Shown: positions 42,114 to 53,324, counted from the stretch's first letter. The stretch is 64,000 nucleotides of DNA from an uncultured delta proteobacterium (GCA_963772835.1 CAVYYZ010000002.1:1-64000); one strand, 5' to 3'. A program made the numbers and translations. Notes: generated by a model not told the origin, from the letters alone.

Positions 42114-42890
42114 ATGAAACTGCTTGTCTGCATCAAACAGGTCCCCGACCTTGAATCGCGCTTCAAGCCAGACTCCGCAGGAGTCTGGTACAACGAAACC
42201 GACCTTGCCTTCCGCATGAACGAATACGATGAATACGCCGTGGAACAGGCCGTTCAGCTGCGTGAAAAACTGGGTGAAGGATGTGAACTCACCGTCCTCT
42301 CCATCGGCCCCGACCGCGTCGTCGAAGCGATAAAGAAATCCCTCGCCATGGGATGCGACAACGCCGCCCACATCCAGGACCCCGCCGCATCCGGCAAAGA
42401 CCCCTGGCAGATCGCCTCCATCATCGCCGCCTACGCCGCAGGCAAAGGCTTCGACATCATCTTCACCGGCATGCAGAGTCAGGACCGGGGCTCCGCCCAG
42501 GTCGGCGTCACCGTTGCCGAAAAGCTCGGCCTCGCCTGCACCACAACCATCATCGGCTTCGACTATGATAGCGGCACCATCACCGCCCGGCGGGAACTGG
42601 AAGGGGGCATCAAAGCCATCGTCAAACTGAAAACCCCCGCTCTCGTCACCTGCCAGCTGGGACTCAACATACCGCGCTACCCGACCCTCCCCAACATCAT
42701 GAAAGCCAAGAAAAAAGAGATCACCGCCATACCGGTCGCCGACCTCCTGAAAGAAGACGCAGTGGCCACCACCGTCAGCTTCCACCCACCCGCCAAAAAA
42801 GGGGGCGGTATCGTCCTTGAAGGGGACGTCGGCGAACTGGCAGATAAAATCATAGCGATACTCAAAGACAAAACCGCCGTACTGAGATAG
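42114..42890 (+). CDS. etfB: Electron transfer flavoprotein beta subunit
   Basis: VCIKQVPD, DEYAVE.A, RELEGG and PRYPTL. Confidence 0.95.
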   Translation: MKLLVCIKQVPDLESRFKPDSAGVWYNETDLAFRMNEYDEYAVEQAVQLREKLGEGCELTVLSIGPDRVVEAIKKSLAMGCDNAAHIQDPAASGKDPWQIASIIAAYAAGKGFDIIFTGMQSQDRGSAQVGVTVAEKLGLACTTTIIGFDYDSGTITARRELEGGIKAIVKLKTPALVTCQLGLNIPRYPTLPNIMKAKKKEITAIPVADLLKEDAVATTVSFHPPAKKGGGIVLEGDVGELADKIIAILKDKTAVLR

Positions 42891-42899
42891 GAGACCACC

Positions 42900-43811
42900 A
42901 TGAAAACACTACTGATCGGCGAATACCGGGACGGCAAACTGCTCGAATCCACCTACGAACTACTCGGCTTTGCGGCCCAGATGAACGCCGACAGCGCCAT
43001 GCTGCTCGTAGGAAGCGACAATCAACTCCCCGCATACGGCGGCACACTCTACCTGGCTGATGTCGCCTCGTGCGGAGAATACAACCCCGACCTGCACAAA
43101 AAGCTGATTCTTGCCGCAGTACAGAAAGAAAACCCCGACTACATCGTATTCTTACACTCCTCCTACGGCTGGGACCTGGCACCCCGTGTAGCAGCCTCCC
43201 TCAACATCGCCCAGATATCGGAAATCATCGCACCTGCGGACGGCGGCTTCGAAGTCGGCTGCTGCAACGCCAAGATGCGCCGCACCGTCAAACCGAACGG
43301 AGCCAGAGCCGTACTGACAATTCAGGCCGGCGCCTTTCCTGTTCTGCAGCCGGGAGGATCGCCCGTCATCGAAAAACTGACTGCCGACGGCAGCGGAGCA
43401 GTGGAATTTGTCGGCTATGAACCGGCCGAGAAACGGGACGTCGATCTCGGCAAAGCCGAAATCATCGTATCAGCCGGCCGCGGCATCGGCAAAAAAGACA
43501 ACGTCCCGGTCATCCTCGCCCTGGCCAAAGCCCTTGGCGGCGAACTGGGTGCCAGTCGTCCGGTAGTAGATGCCGGGTGGGTGGAACACAGCCATCAGGT
43601 CGGCACCACCGGCCAGACGGTAAGTCCCAAACTGTACGTCGCCTGCGGCATCAGCGGCGCCATTCAGCATCTGGCCGGCATGAAGAAATCCGACTTCATC
43701 ATTGCCATCAACAAGGACAAGGATGCGCCGATCGGCGAGATAGCCGATGTACTGGTCGTGGCCGATGTCATGCAGTTTGTGCCGGCGCTTACGGCGAAAC
43801 TCGCCAGGTGA
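42900..43811 (+). CDS. etfA: Electron transfer flavoprotein alpha subunit
   Basis: GASRPVVDAGW, QVGTTG, GISGAIQH and AINKD. Confidence 0.95.
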   Translation: MKTLLIGEYRDGKLLESTYELLGFAAQMNADSAMLLVGSDNQLPAYGGTLYLADVASCGEYNPDLHKKLILAAVQKENPDYIVFLHSSYGWDLAPRVAASLNIAQISEIIAPADGGFEVGCCNAKMRRTVKPNGARAVLTIQAGAFPVLQPGGSPVIEKLTADGSGAVEFVGYEPAEKRDVDLGKAEIIVSAGRGIGKKDNVPVILALAKALGGELGASRPVVDAGWVEHSHQVGTTGQTVSPKLYVACGISGAIQHLAGMKKSDFIIAINKDKDAPIGEIADVLVVADVMQFVPALTAKLAR

Positions 43812-44635
43812 AGGTGCTTCACGGCATCAGGATTGTAAATCTGGCGGTCAACCTCCCGGGACCGGCCGCAGCCCAGCGACTCAGCCGGATGGGAGCCTCA
43901 GTGGTAAAAGTCGAGCCGCCGTCCGGCGATCCGATGGAGATCTACTATCCCGACTGGTACCGGGATATGGCTGCCGGCCATGAAATCATACATCTCGATT
44001 TGAAGACCCCTCACGGCAGGGAACAGCTGGAAGAGCTTCTCAAAACGGCAGATGTTCTGATCAGCGCCACCCGTCCGGCGGCGATGGAGAGGCTCGGACT
44101 GGACACGGCCACCCTGCAGACAAAACATCCCCGCCTCTGCCAGCTGCTCGTCGTCGGCTACCCTGCCCCCCGCGATAACGAGGCCGGGCATGATCTGACC
44201 TATCAGGCTTCGATGGGACTTCTCGACCCGCCGCATCTGCCCCGTTCACTGCTATCCGATATGGCGGGAAGCGAGCAGGCGGTTTCATCCGTGTTGGCAC
44301 TGCTGTTCAATCGGGAACGATGCGGAGCTGGCGGTCATGCCATAGTTGCCCTGTCGGAGGCGGCAGCTGTTTTTGCTGAGCCGTTACGCTACGGCAGCAC
44401 GATCCCCGGAGCATCACTCGGTGGCGGCATACCTGAATACAATATCTATAAAACCATTGACGGCTGGGTGGCCGTTGCCGCCCTTGAGCCCCATTTCAAA
44501 CACCGTCTGGAGAATGCGCTGCATGTCTCTGCACCGGAAGAGTACCGGGCGGCTTTTGAACGTAAAAACTCCGCCTACTGGCAGGAGTGGGGGCAACAGA
44601 TGGATATTCCAATAGAAACCGTCCGGGACAGATGA
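43808..44635 (+). CDS. Class III (CaiB/BaiF) CoA transferase, short form
   Basis: LPGP, VKVEPP.GDP, GHDLTY and SDMAG; the GTG start overlaps the etfA stop. Confidence 0.87.
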   Translation: MKVLHGIRIVNLAVNLPGPAAAQRLSRMGASVVKVEPPSGDPMEIYYPDWYRDMAAGHEIIHLDLKTPHGREQLEELLKTADVLISATRPAAMERLGLDTATLQTKHPRLCQLLVVGYPAPRDNEAGHDLTYQASMGLLDPPHLPRSLLSDMAGSEQAVSSVLALLFNRERCGAGGHAIVALSEAAAVFAEPLRYGSTIPGASLGGGIPEYNIYKTIDGWVAVAALEPHFKHRLENALHVSAPEEYRAAFERKNSAYWQEWGQQMDIPIETVRDR

Positions 44636-44676
44636 TTACTGCGTGACCCGGGATATCAAGATTTCAGGAGGTGGAA

Positions 44677-45831
44677 ATGTTTCTTGACCTTACCGAAGAG
44701 CAGAAGTTGATTCAGGATACGGCCCGTGATTTTGCCAGGGCGGAACTTGAACCGGTGGCGGCCGCGCTTGACCAGAGCGAGGACCGGGCACCACTGCTTG
44801 CCAACCTCAAAAAGCTGTCAGAACTCGGTTTCATGGGGCTGAACGTCCGAAGTGAGTATGGTGGTTCGGAAGCCGGGGTTATCTCCTTCAGCCTCGCCAT
44901 TACCGAAATTGCCAGAGCCTGCGCCTCAACCGCTGTGACCGTGTCTGTCAGTAACATGGTGGCGGAGGTCATCCAGGCGGTCGGTTCCGAGGAACAGCGT
45001 AAAGCCTACATCCCCAAAATATGTTCAGGTGAATACTCAGCGGGCGGCTTTGCCCTGACCGAAACATGCGCCGGCTCCGACCCTGCCGGAATGTGTGCCC
45101 AGGCGGTAGATGACGGTGACAGCTGGGTACTGAACGGCTCCAAGATATTCATTACCAGTGCTCCCTATGCCGGGGTTTTTGTCGCCTGGGCGGTTACCGA
45201 CAAGGATGCGCCCAAGGGGAAGGGTATCAGCTGCTTCCTGGTTGAGGCAGGCACACCGGGCCTTGTCATCGGCAAGGAAGAGAAGAAGATGGGGCAGCAC
45301 GCATCCGCCACAAATGAGGTGATCTTTGATGGATGCCGTATCCCGAAAACGGCGTTGATGGGGAAGCTGAATGACGGATTCCGGATTGCTGCCGGGGAAC
45401 TGGCCGGCGGCAGGATCGGAATCGGCTCGCTCGGACTGGGTGTCGGGCTGGCGGCCATGGATTATGCGACCCGCTATGTGACCGAGCGTACTCAGTTCGG
45501 GCAGAAAATCAGCAACTTCCAGGCTATCCAGTGGATGATCGCAGATGGGTACACAGAACTTGAGGCCGCCCGACTGCTGCTGATGAATGCAGCGTACCGC
45601 AAGGAGTCCGGCAAGTCCTTTGCCAAAGAAGCGTCCATGGCCAAGATGTTCGCCACTGAAGCGGGCAATCAGGCCTGCTACAAAGCGATCCAGATGCTCG
45701 GAGGGTACGGCTACACCCGGGATTTTCCGGTGGAACGATACGCCCGTGATGCACGGATCACCTCCATTTACGAAGGAACAAACGAGATTCAGCGTTTGAT
45801 CATATCACGTGAGATTTTGAGAAATATCTAA
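44677..45831 (+). CDS. Acyl-CoA dehydrogenase (second paralog)
   Basis: LTE..AGSD, GGRIGIG and SIYEGTNEIQR. Confidence 0.95.
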   Translation: MFLDLTEEQKLIQDTARDFARAELEPVAAALDQSEDRAPLLANLKKLSELGFMGLNVRSEYGGSEAGVISFSLAITEIARACASTAVTVSVSNMVAEVIQAVGSEEQRKAYIPKICSGEYSAGGFALTETCAGSDPAGMCAQAVDDGDSWVLNGSKIFITSAPYAGVFVAWAVTDKDAPKGKGISCFLVEAGTPGLVIGKEEKKMGQHASATNEVIFDGCRIPKTALMGKLNDGFRIAAGELAGGRIGIGSLGLGVGLAAMDYATRYVTERTQFGQKISNFQAIQWMIADGYTELEAARLLLMNAAYRKESGKSFAKEASMAKMFATEAGNQACYKAIQMLGGYGYTRDFPVERYARDARITSIYEGTNEIQRLIISREILRNI

Positions 45832-45841
45832 GGAGGCAGGC

Positions 45842-46807
45842 ATGAGTACCAGCAAACGTATTACCCTGCAGCACGCCGCCGAAATCATCAAGGACGGCTC
45901 CAGTCTCACCTTTTCCGGGTTTACCATCTGGCGCCGCCCGATGGCAATTGTTTTTGAGCTGATCCGTCAGCACCGAAAAAACCTGCATCTGATTGAGGTC
46001 CAGGGGGGCTCACATACCGAATTTCTGGTCGGGGCCGGCTGTGTAGACATCTGGGAATCATGCTGGGTCGGTCATGAGCTGTATGGCAAATACGGAGCAA
46101 ACCTCTCGCGCAAGGTCGCTGACAAACAGATCATTGTCGAAGATTACAGCCACGCAGAGATGATGTTCCGTTTCGCTGCCGCCGCCAACGGTTCACCTTA
46201 CGCTGTCACTCAGACGTCACTCGGTACCGATATTCATAATCCGGAATACGATATGCTCGGCCGTGCCGGACTGCGTGACGGCAAACGTATCGCGAAGCAC
46301 AAATACCAGTTCACCGAAGACCCTTTCTTCGGTGCCGGTTCCCAGGTGCTGATTCCGGCGGCGAAGGTGGATATTGCGGTTATGTGTGTGCAGCAGGTGG
46401 GTGAAGAAGGAACCGTACGGGTTAACGGTCAGTATTACTCCGATCCGGAAATAGCACGCGCTGCCGACATCACGATTGTCATGGCCGAGGAAATTGTGCC
46501 GGAGGAGTACCTGCGGCGCAACGCAGATCAGAACACCATCGCTACGTTCGAAGTCGATCATATTCTGGAATGCCCGTATGGTGCCCATCCAACCGGTATG
46601 TTCGGACGCTATGATGTCGACGGCTCGTTTCTTAAGGATTTCTACGGCCGTACCCGCACCCAGGAAGGGTTCGACGATTTTGCCAACGAGTGGATACACG
46701 GACAGACCCATATGAGCTACCTGGAAAAACTGGGGTGGCCGCGTATGCTGAAGCTCAAGGCCAATACCGCACTCAATTACAGTGTTCGTGAGAAGGGGGG
46801 TAAATAA
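45842..46807 (+). CDS. Class I CoA transferase subunit A (glutaconate CoA-transferase-like)
   Basis: GFT..RRPMA, SLGTD, AEEIV and PYGAHPT. Confidence 0.88.
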   Translation: MSTSKRITLQHAAEIIKDGSSLTFSGFTIWRRPMAIVFELIRQHRKNLHLIEVQGGSHTEFLVGAGCVDIWESCWVGHELYGKYGANLSRKVADKQIIVEDYSHAEMMFRFAAAANGSPYAVTQTSLGTDIHNPEYDMLGRAGLRDGKRIAKHKYQFTEDPFFGAGSQVLIPAAKVDIAVMCVQQVGEEGTVRVNGQYYSDPEIARAADITIVMAEEIVPEEYLRRNADQNTIATFEVDHILECPYGAHPTGMFGRYDVDGSFLKDFYGRTRTQEGFDDFANEWIHGQTHMSYLEKLGWPRMLKLKANTALNYSVREKGGK

Positions 46808-46809
46808 CC

Positions 46810-47631
46810 ATGATAATTGAATACGCGACTCCTGAAGAATACGGTCTGGCCGATCTGATGTGCTGTGCCGCTGCACGTGAAGTGCAGGATAACGAGGTTG
46901 TTTTTGCCGGCACCGGGTTACCGATGGTGGCTATCATGCTGGCGCAGAAAACCCATGCCCCCAACCTTAAACTGATCTTTGAAGCCGGCACTCTGGATGG
47001 GCGTCCCCCCGAGATTCCGACGTCTGTCGGTGACGCCCGCTGCGAAATGGGCGCATCCCGCTCATCCGGCCTGTACGACGCGTTCAGCATTGCCCAGAGA
47101 GGCTACGTCGATCTCGGTTTTCTTGGCGGTGCCGAAGTAGATGAATACGGCAACGTCAACACCACCTGCATCGGCGACTATCTCAATCCTGAGCTGCGTC
47201 TGACCGGAAGCGGCGGCAACCCAGACATCAACTCATTCGCCAAGCGGACGGTTTTCATCATGGTCCACGAAAAGCGGCGCTTCACCCCCAACGTCAGCTA
47301 CATCACCAGCCCCGGCTGGAGGGTTAAAAAATGGCCGGGGGGAGAATTTGTGCACCGCCGTGAGCTGTATGGTGCGGCCTATCGCGGCGGCCCGTCGGCG
47401 GTCATCAGCACAGCCGGAGTGTTCCGTTTTGACGGACAGAGCGGCAAGATATATCTGGACACCTGCCACCCGGGCAAAACTCCTGACGAGATCAGGGAGA
47501 TGTGCTACTTCGATCTTGACATATCCCGCGTCAACGGTGAAACTCTGCCGCCGTCCCGGGAAGAGCTGCACATTATTCATGAGGTGCTTGATCCGGAGCA
47601 GATTTTTGTCCCGAAAGTAAAGAAAGTGTAG
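46810..47631 (+). CDS. Class I CoA transferase subunit B (glutaconate CoA-transferase-like)
   Basis: FAGTGLP, IFEAG (catalytic Glu position), GGAEVD.YGNVN and LTGSGG. Confidence 0.9.
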   Translation: MIIEYATPEEYGLADLMCCAAAREVQDNEVVFAGTGLPMVAIMLAQKTHAPNLKLIFEAGTLDGRPPEIPTSVGDARCEMGASRSSGLYDAFSIAQRGYVDLGFLGGAEVDEYGNVNTTCIGDYLNPELRLTGSGGNPDINSFAKRTVFIMVHEKRRFTPNVSYITSPGWRVKKWPGGEFVHRRELYGAAYRGGPSAVISTAGVFRFDGQSGKIYLDTCHPGKTPDEIREMCYFDLDISRVNGETLPPSREELHIIHEVLDPEQIFVPKVKKV

Positions 47632-47732
47632 TAATCACAGCGGTTCATGTCATGAGGTTACGTGGGAGCTTGACGCATACGTTTTGTATCTGCTACAAGG
47701 ATTGACCTGAAATCAGCAAAGGATGAGCGTCG

Positions 47733-47939
47733 ATGCCGCATATAATAATTGATGAAACACGTTGCAAGGGGTGCGGACTCTGCACCATCGCCTGCCCTAA
47801 AAAACTGGTCTCCCTGAGCGATGCCCCCAACAGTATGGGCTTCACCATGGCCGTTTTTTCGGGCCCCGAAAAATGCACCGGCTGCTCGTTGTGCGCGGAG
47901 ATGTGCCCTGATGTCGCAATAACGGTTTTTAAGGAATGA
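47733..47939 (+). CDS. 2-oxoacid:ferredoxin oxidoreductase delta (2x[4Fe-4S]) subunit
   Basis: CKGCGLCTIACP and CTGCSLCAEMCP. Confidence 0.92.
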   Translation: MPHIIIDETRCKGCGLCTIACPKKLVSLSDAPNSMGFTMAVFSGPEKCTGCSLCAEMCPDVAITVFKE

Positions 47940-49027
47940 CTCAGATGCAGACAGACCACCAAGAAAAATTATTTGTCAAAGGGAACGAAGCGGTTGCAAT
48001 GGCGGCCATAGAGGCCGGTTGCCGCTGTTATTTCGGCTATCCGATCACTCCGCAGAGTGATATCCCGGAATATCTGTCACGTGAACTGCCGCTGCTCGGT
48101 GGCGAATTCATTCAGGCAGAGAGTGAGATCGGCGCAATTAACATGCTGCTGGGCGCATCGGCTACCGGGGTGCGTGCCATGACCTCATCCTCCGGCCCCG
48201 GCATCTCCCTCAAACAGGAGGGAATTTCGTACATGGCCGGTTCGGAACTTCCCGGCGTCATCGTTGACATCATGCGCGCCGGTCCGGGCCTGGGAGGAAT
48301 TGATGCTTCTCAGGCGGATTATTGGCAGGCGACGCGCGGCGGAGGACATGGCGGATACCGGATTATTGTCCTCGCTCCGGCATCGGTGCAGGAAATGTAC
48401 GATCTGACTATGCTGGCTTTTGATCTGTCCGACATCTATCGTATGCCGGCCATGGTGCTTGCTGATTCTGTTATCGGCCAGATGAAAGAGTCTGTGACCC
48501 CCAATCCCCGCCCGGTGACGGTACTGCCGCCCAAAGAGTGGGTGGTGCGCGGACGGGAGGACGGAGAGCCGCAAAACGTTGTCAAGTCGCTGTACCTGGG
48601 TGACGGTGAGATGGAGAAATTTCACTGGAAGATGCAGGCCCGTTATCAGGAACTGGCTGACAGGGAATGTCGCTGGGAAGAGGTGCAGACATCCGATGCC
48701 GAGATGATTGTAACCGCTTTCGGTTCCACTTCCCGGATTGCCAAAACCGCTATTGCCATGGCCCGTGAAGCCGGCATGAAAGTCGGATTGATGCGGCCGA
48801 TTACCCTGTTTCCGTTCCCCAAAAAAACCTACGCGGCACTTTCGGAACGGTGTAAGCATTTTCTGGCAATAGAACTCTCTACCGGCCAGATGATTGACGA
48901 TGTGCGCCTGTCAATAGCACGCGATGCCGACGTCGACTTCTATGGCCGCCCACCGGGCGCAGGATCACTGCCGACGCCGGAAGAGCTTTTCGAACAGATC
49001 AAGAAAAATTATCGGGCACGCGCCTGA
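47936..49027 (+). CDS. vorB: 2-oxoisovalerate:ferredoxin oxidoreductase alpha-type subunit
   Basis: GYPITPQ, QAESE, TSSSGPG and GGGHG. Confidence 0.85.
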   Translation: MTQMQTDHQEKLFVKGNEAVAMAAIEAGCRCYFGYPITPQSDIPEYLSRELPLLGGEFIQAESEIGAINMLLGASATGVRAMTSSSGPGISLKQEGISYMAGSELPGVIVDIMRAGPGLGGIDASQADYWQATRGGGHGGYRIIVLAPASVQEMYDLTMLAFDLSDIYRMPAMVLADSVIGQMKESVTPNPRPVTVLPPKEWVVRGREDGEPQNVVKSLYLGDGEMEKFHWKMQARYQELADRECRWEEVQTSDAEMIVTAFGSTSRIAKTAIAMAREAGMKVGLMRPITLFPFPKKTYAALSERCKHFLAIELSTGQMIDDVRLSIARDADVDFYGRPPGAGSLPTPEELFEQIKKNYRARA

Positions 49028-49046
49028 ACAGGCAAGGATACATTCC

Positions 49047-49790
49047 ATGAAACAGGTATTCACCAGGCCGGAAAGCCTTAAAGATGTCTCAACACACTTC
49101 TGTCCCGGATGCCATCATGGCTCGGTTCATCGCCTGGTTGCCGAAGCACTGGACGAGTTCGGCATACGCAGCCAGACTATCGGGGTTGCCTCTGTCGGCT
49201 GCTCGGTGTTTCTTTACGGGTACTTTGATGTTGATGTGATTGAAGCTCCTCACGGCAGAGCTCCGGCCGTGGCCACCGGCGCCAAACGTGCCCGTCCTGA
49301 CCGCATTGTCTTTACCTATCAGGGGGACGGCGACCTGGCCGCCATCGGCATGTCCGAGATCATCCACGCCGCAAATCGTGGCGAGGACATCACCGTTATC
49401 TTTGTCAACAACACAACTTATGGCATGACCGGCGGCCAGATGGCCCCGACTACCCTTCCGGGACAGAAAACATCGACCTCTCCGTATGGCCGTGATACTT
49501 CGAAAGATGGCTCTCCTTTCAAAATGGCAGAACTGCTTGCCAATCTCGATGGAGTTGCATTTTCCGCGCGTGTGGCTCTCAACAGTCCGAAAAATGTTCT
49601 TAATGCCAAGAAGATTATCAAGACGGCCTTCCGCTATCAGGTCGAGAAGAAGGGATTCTCCTTTATTGAGGCACTGGCTTCCTGCCCGACCAATTGGGGG
49701 ATGAGTCCTCTTGACGCCAACCAGCGGGTGACTGATGAAATGATCCCCTACTTCCCGCTCGGCGTATACCGCAATACGGCTGATCTGTAG
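49047..49790 (+). CDS. 2-oxoisovalerate:ferredoxin oxidoreductase TPP-binding beta subunit
   Basis: FCPGC, GDGD...NN..YGMTGGQ and CPTNW. Confidence 0.9.
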   Translation: MKQVFTRPESLKDVSTHFCPGCHHGSVHRLVAEALDEFGIRSQTIGVASVGCSVFLYGYFDVDVIEAPHGRAPAVATGAKRARPDRIVFTYQGDGDLAAIGMSEIIHAANRGEDITVIFVNNTTYGMTGGQMAPTTLPGQKTSTSPYGRDTSKDGSPFKMAELLANLDGVAFSARVALNSPKNVLNAKKIIKTAFRYQVEKKGFSFIEALASCPTNWGMSPLDANQRVTDEMIPYFPLGVYRNTADL

Positions 49791-49870
49791 AAAAGTAATT
49801 ATTTTCTGCGACACATGCGGAGAATGATGGTGCAACTCGTATACCCACGGTAAAAAGTTTGGAGATAATC

Positions 49871-50413
49871 ATGCGCTACGACGTTTTTTTTGCCGGTTAC
49901 GGCGGGCAGGGTGTGCTGCTGGCCGGCAATCTGCTTTCATATGCTGCTATTCACGAAGGGAAAAACGTTTCGTTTTTTCCGGCCTACGGTGTTGAAAAAC
50001 GGGGCGGGGCGGCGATGTGCACAATCGTCTTCGCCGACGGCGATACCGGTTCACCGGTGGTCGGAAATCCGTCCGTTTCGGTCCTGCTCAATCAGCTCTC
50101 ATTTGATAAATATGCCGCCAAGGTCAAACCGGGAGGAGTCTGTATCGTCAACTCCAGCCTTGTGGACACACATGGCATCGATCTGCCGGGCATTGAGATT
50201 GTCCTGGTACCGATGAATCAGATCGCTCTCGATATGGGAGATGTGCGGATGGTCAACATGGTGGCCTGCGGGGCATATATCGAAAAATCCGGAGCATTGC
50301 AGAGGACCTCTCTGGAAGCGGCGCTTAAAAAAGCTCTTCCTGAGCGTAATCACAAGCTGATACCGGCCAACGTAAAAGCGATGGAAGCCGGTGCTCAGGC
50401 ATCGAGAGGATAA
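49871..50413 (+). CDS. 2-oxoacid:ferredoxin oxidoreductase gamma subunit
   Basis: AGYGGQG, YGVEKRGG and NMV..GA. Confidence 0.9.
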   Translation: MRYDVFFAGYGGQGVLLAGNLLSYAAIHEGKNVSFFPAYGVEKRGGAAMCTIVFADGDTGSPVVGNPSVSVLLNQLSFDKYAAKVKPGGVCIVNSSLVDTHGIDLPGIEIVLVPMNQIALDMGDVRMVNMVACGAYIEKSGALQRTSLEAALKKALPERNHKLIPANVKAMEAGAQASRG

Positions 50414-50478
50414 TATCAAGAGGCGAAAAAGTCTTGACGACAGGAGCTTGATTTGTTACAAGAGGAGCTCTTCAATAT

Positions 50479-50553
50479 AGGGGTATAGCCAAACGGTAAG
50501 GCAACGGCCTCTGACGCCGTCATCTCTTGGTTCGAATCCAGGTACCCCTGCCA
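50479..50553 (+). tRNA. tRNA-Gln (anticodon CTG)
   Basis: Acceptor AGGGGTA/TACCCCT-GCCA, anticodon arm ACGGC-CTCTGAC-GCCGT, T-loop GGTTCGAATCC. Confidence 0.96.
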
Positions 50554-50588
50554 CAATCCGACCGGTATGTTTTGCCGGTTTACATACA

Positions 50589-50642
50589 AGCCTCTTAGGT
50601 CCGGGTATACGTACTATGTATACAGGAATTAAGGGGCTTTTT
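50589..50642 (+). terminator. Hairpin/terminator after tRNA-Gln
   Basis: AGCCTCTTA...TAAGGGGCT-TTTT with an internal GTATAC/GTATAC stem. Confidence 0.55.
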
Positions 50643-50982
50643 CATGCCCTGAATATCACCCGGCATATCCTCGAACATCGTTTCCAATGTTGCCGTTCGC
50701 CTCTGCATCTCTTGCCTTCCTGCAGGACAGTTATCACCTATGGTGAGCAGACTCTAAAGCTTTGCCAGGATATGCCGGTGATGACGTGCTTCGATCTGAC
50801 TGATATACCTTCAATCAAAGCGTGGCAGTTCAATAATCCATAACAAAGTATTTCCAACAAGATTATAATTCATAATCTTCGCGTAGAAACATATGTAAAT
50901 AAACCACTATCTAACTATTTTTAATGCGTTTTTTATTAAACTGAATAATTCAACTATTGTTTTACATAATGGAACTTTCTTC

Positions 50983-51018
50983 TTGACACGCAAAACAGTA
51001 AAGTGGTACTTCTTTGCG
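50983..51018 (+). promoter_or_regulatory. Putative liv promoter; shares a motif with 61304-61339 (-)
   Basis: TTGACACGCAAAACAGTAAAGTGGTACTTCTTTGCG. Confidence 0.55.
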
Positions 51019-51147
51019 TGAATAATGTCCCGGATCCTTGAAAAGGATTATTTACTGTATAAAATTCTGGCCAATCCGTTCGTAATTGTAGTATGGTGCG
51101 GGAAAATCTGCTGGAGGTAAATCATGAGAAGAAAAGGAGAAGGCGTT

Positions 51148-52337
51148 ATGAAATTTGCACAGATTCTGGCGACAATCATGTTCATGGCAGTTGTGTTCGT
51201 TTCCCCTGTGTTGGCCGCAAAAGACACGGTCAAAATCGGCGCATTACTTGCGGTTACGGGCCCAGCCTCTTTTCTCGGAGCGCCTGAAGCCAGATCGCTC
51301 GAGATGCTGGTCGCAGACATCAACAAAAAGGGCGGCCTCAAAGGGAAGCAGATCGAACTGATCATCAAGGACACCGGCGCCAGCACTGAAAAAGCGGTTT
51401 CCTTTGCGAAGCAGCTGATTGAAGAGGAGAAGGTTCTCGCAATCATCGGACCATCTACGAGCGGTGAAACGATGGGCATCAAAAAGATCGCCGAAGAGGG
51501 AAAAATGATCCTTCTTTCCTGCGCGGCAGCTGAAGCGATCGTCAATCCGGTGGCTAAATATGTATTCAAAACACCCCAGAAGGACAGTGATGCTGTTATC
51601 AAGATTCTAGATCAGATCAAGAAGATGAAGCTTTCAAAAATAGGCATTCTCTCCAGTAACTCCGGGTTCGGCAATGCCGGCAAGGGGCAGATTGAAAAAC
51701 TGGCAGCCGGACATGGTCTTACGATTGTGAGCAACGAGGTATATGACAAGAACTGCCAAGTGATCTGACCGGTGAAGTGACCAAAGTAAAGGCCTCCGGA
51801 GCTGAGGCAATTATTAACTGGTCGATTGAGCCTGCCCAGGCAATCGTCATCAAAAATGCCCGCCAGATCGGTTTCACCGGTCCGATATTCCAGAGCCACG
51901 GCTTTGGCAATATCAAATATGTTGAGGCTGCCGGAGCTGCTGCCGAAGGCGTTATGTTCCCTGCCGGCCGCCTGCTGGTTGCAGATGTTCTCCCGAAAAG
52001 CAATCCTCAGAAGAACGTGCTCATGAGTTACAAAAAGGAGTATGAGTCCAAGTTCAAGCCTGATGCAGCAAGTACCTTCGGCGGCCATGCCTATGACGCG
52101 ATGCTCATTCTTCAGAAGGGCATCGAGAAGGCAAACAGCCTGGATAGAGAAGCTGTCAGAACTGCTATAGAAGGATTAAAAGGGATCGTCGGCACAGGTG
52201 GCGTCTTTAACTTCTCTGCCGAAGATCACAACGGTCTTGGCATTGATGCTTTCGAAATGCTGACCGTCAAAAATGGTAAATTCACCCTGTTGGAGCAGAA
52301 AACAGAGAAAAAAGCTGCACCAAAAAAGAAGAAATAA
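51148..52337 (+). pseudogene. Branched-chain amino acid ABC substrate-binding protein (LivK-like), frameshifted near 51755
   Basis: Two ORFs (to 51768 and 51777..52337) form one PBP; ...YDK continues as DLTGEVTKVK in another frame. Possibly a sequencing error. Confidence 0.85.
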
Positions 52338-52382
52338 TCCGAGACGAGCCGATTGCCCTGTAATCGTACGGTATTTTTCCCT

Positions 52383-52412
52383 AAACACGGGGCTTAGGCC
52401 CCGTGTTTTTTT
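52383..52412 (+). terminator. Hairpin/terminator after livK-like gene
   Basis: AAACACGGGGC-TTAG-GCCCCGTGTTTTTTT. Confidence 0.8.
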
Positions 52413-52438
52413 CAGAACTCCCTGAAGGCGGCATAATT

Positions 52439-53324
52439 ATGGAACTGTTTCTTCAATATATTGTTGCCGGTGTCACCTACGGTACCATCTATGCCATCGT
52501 GGCGATAGGCTTCAATATTATTTACAACACGACAGGTATCATCAATTTTGCCCAGGGTGAATTCGTCATGCTGGGGGGTATGACGGCGTTTACGCTCAAG
52601 GAATACATGCCGTTGCCGCTGGCAATTATATCTGCTGTTGTAATCACCATGATTGTCGGTGCATTGATTGAGATCGTCTTCATCCGCTGGCTTCACAAGC
52701 CATCGGTCCTTCGTATGATAATCATTACTATAGGGCTGTCGATACTTATCAGGGAAACAGCTCTCCACATCTGGGGAGAAGGCGTAACGGCCCTTCCCTA
52801 TTTTACCGGCACTTCGTCTGACTTCGGTCAATCTTGGCGGTGTTTTCATTTCACCCCAGGTGTTCTGGGCGGTCGGAATAAGTTCAGTGGCGGTACTGCT
52901 CCTGGGCATTTTCTTCAACTTTACCCTTCTTGGCAAACAGATGCGTGCCTGCTCGGCGAATCGTGAAGCCGCCAGGCTCTGCGGCATAAGCACGAAGAAC
53001 ATGGTGACACTTTCGTTCATGCTCAGCGCAGCTATTGGTGCTCTTGGCGGCTGTATTGTGTCTCCGATCACGTATATCCAGTATGACAGCGGGTCTCAGC
53101 TCGCCATAAAGGGATTCACCGTGGCAATACTCGGGGGGCTTGGCAACAGCACTGCTGCGGTTGCTGCGGCAATGATACTTGGCATTCTTGAGTCATTCAG
53201 CATCTGGGCACTTCCCGCTGCGTATAAGGACGTTGTCTCGATCGCGATCATGCTCATCATACTTTTTGTGAAACCGAGCGGTCTCTTTGGCAATGCCGCC
53301 TCGGCTCGCCTGAAGGAGTATTAA
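52439..53324 (+). pseudogene. livH: Branched-chain amino acid ABC permease LivH, frameshifted near 52820
   Basis: INFAQGE in the N-part and G..MRA...AILGGLG in the C-part; one extra base at the junction. Possibly a sequencing error. Confidence 0.85.

Noticed and set aside
50479..50660. tRNA-Gln as the integration site of the liv/AOR block
   Set aside because: No integrase, and no duplicated tRNA-Gln 3' end was seen downstream within the window.
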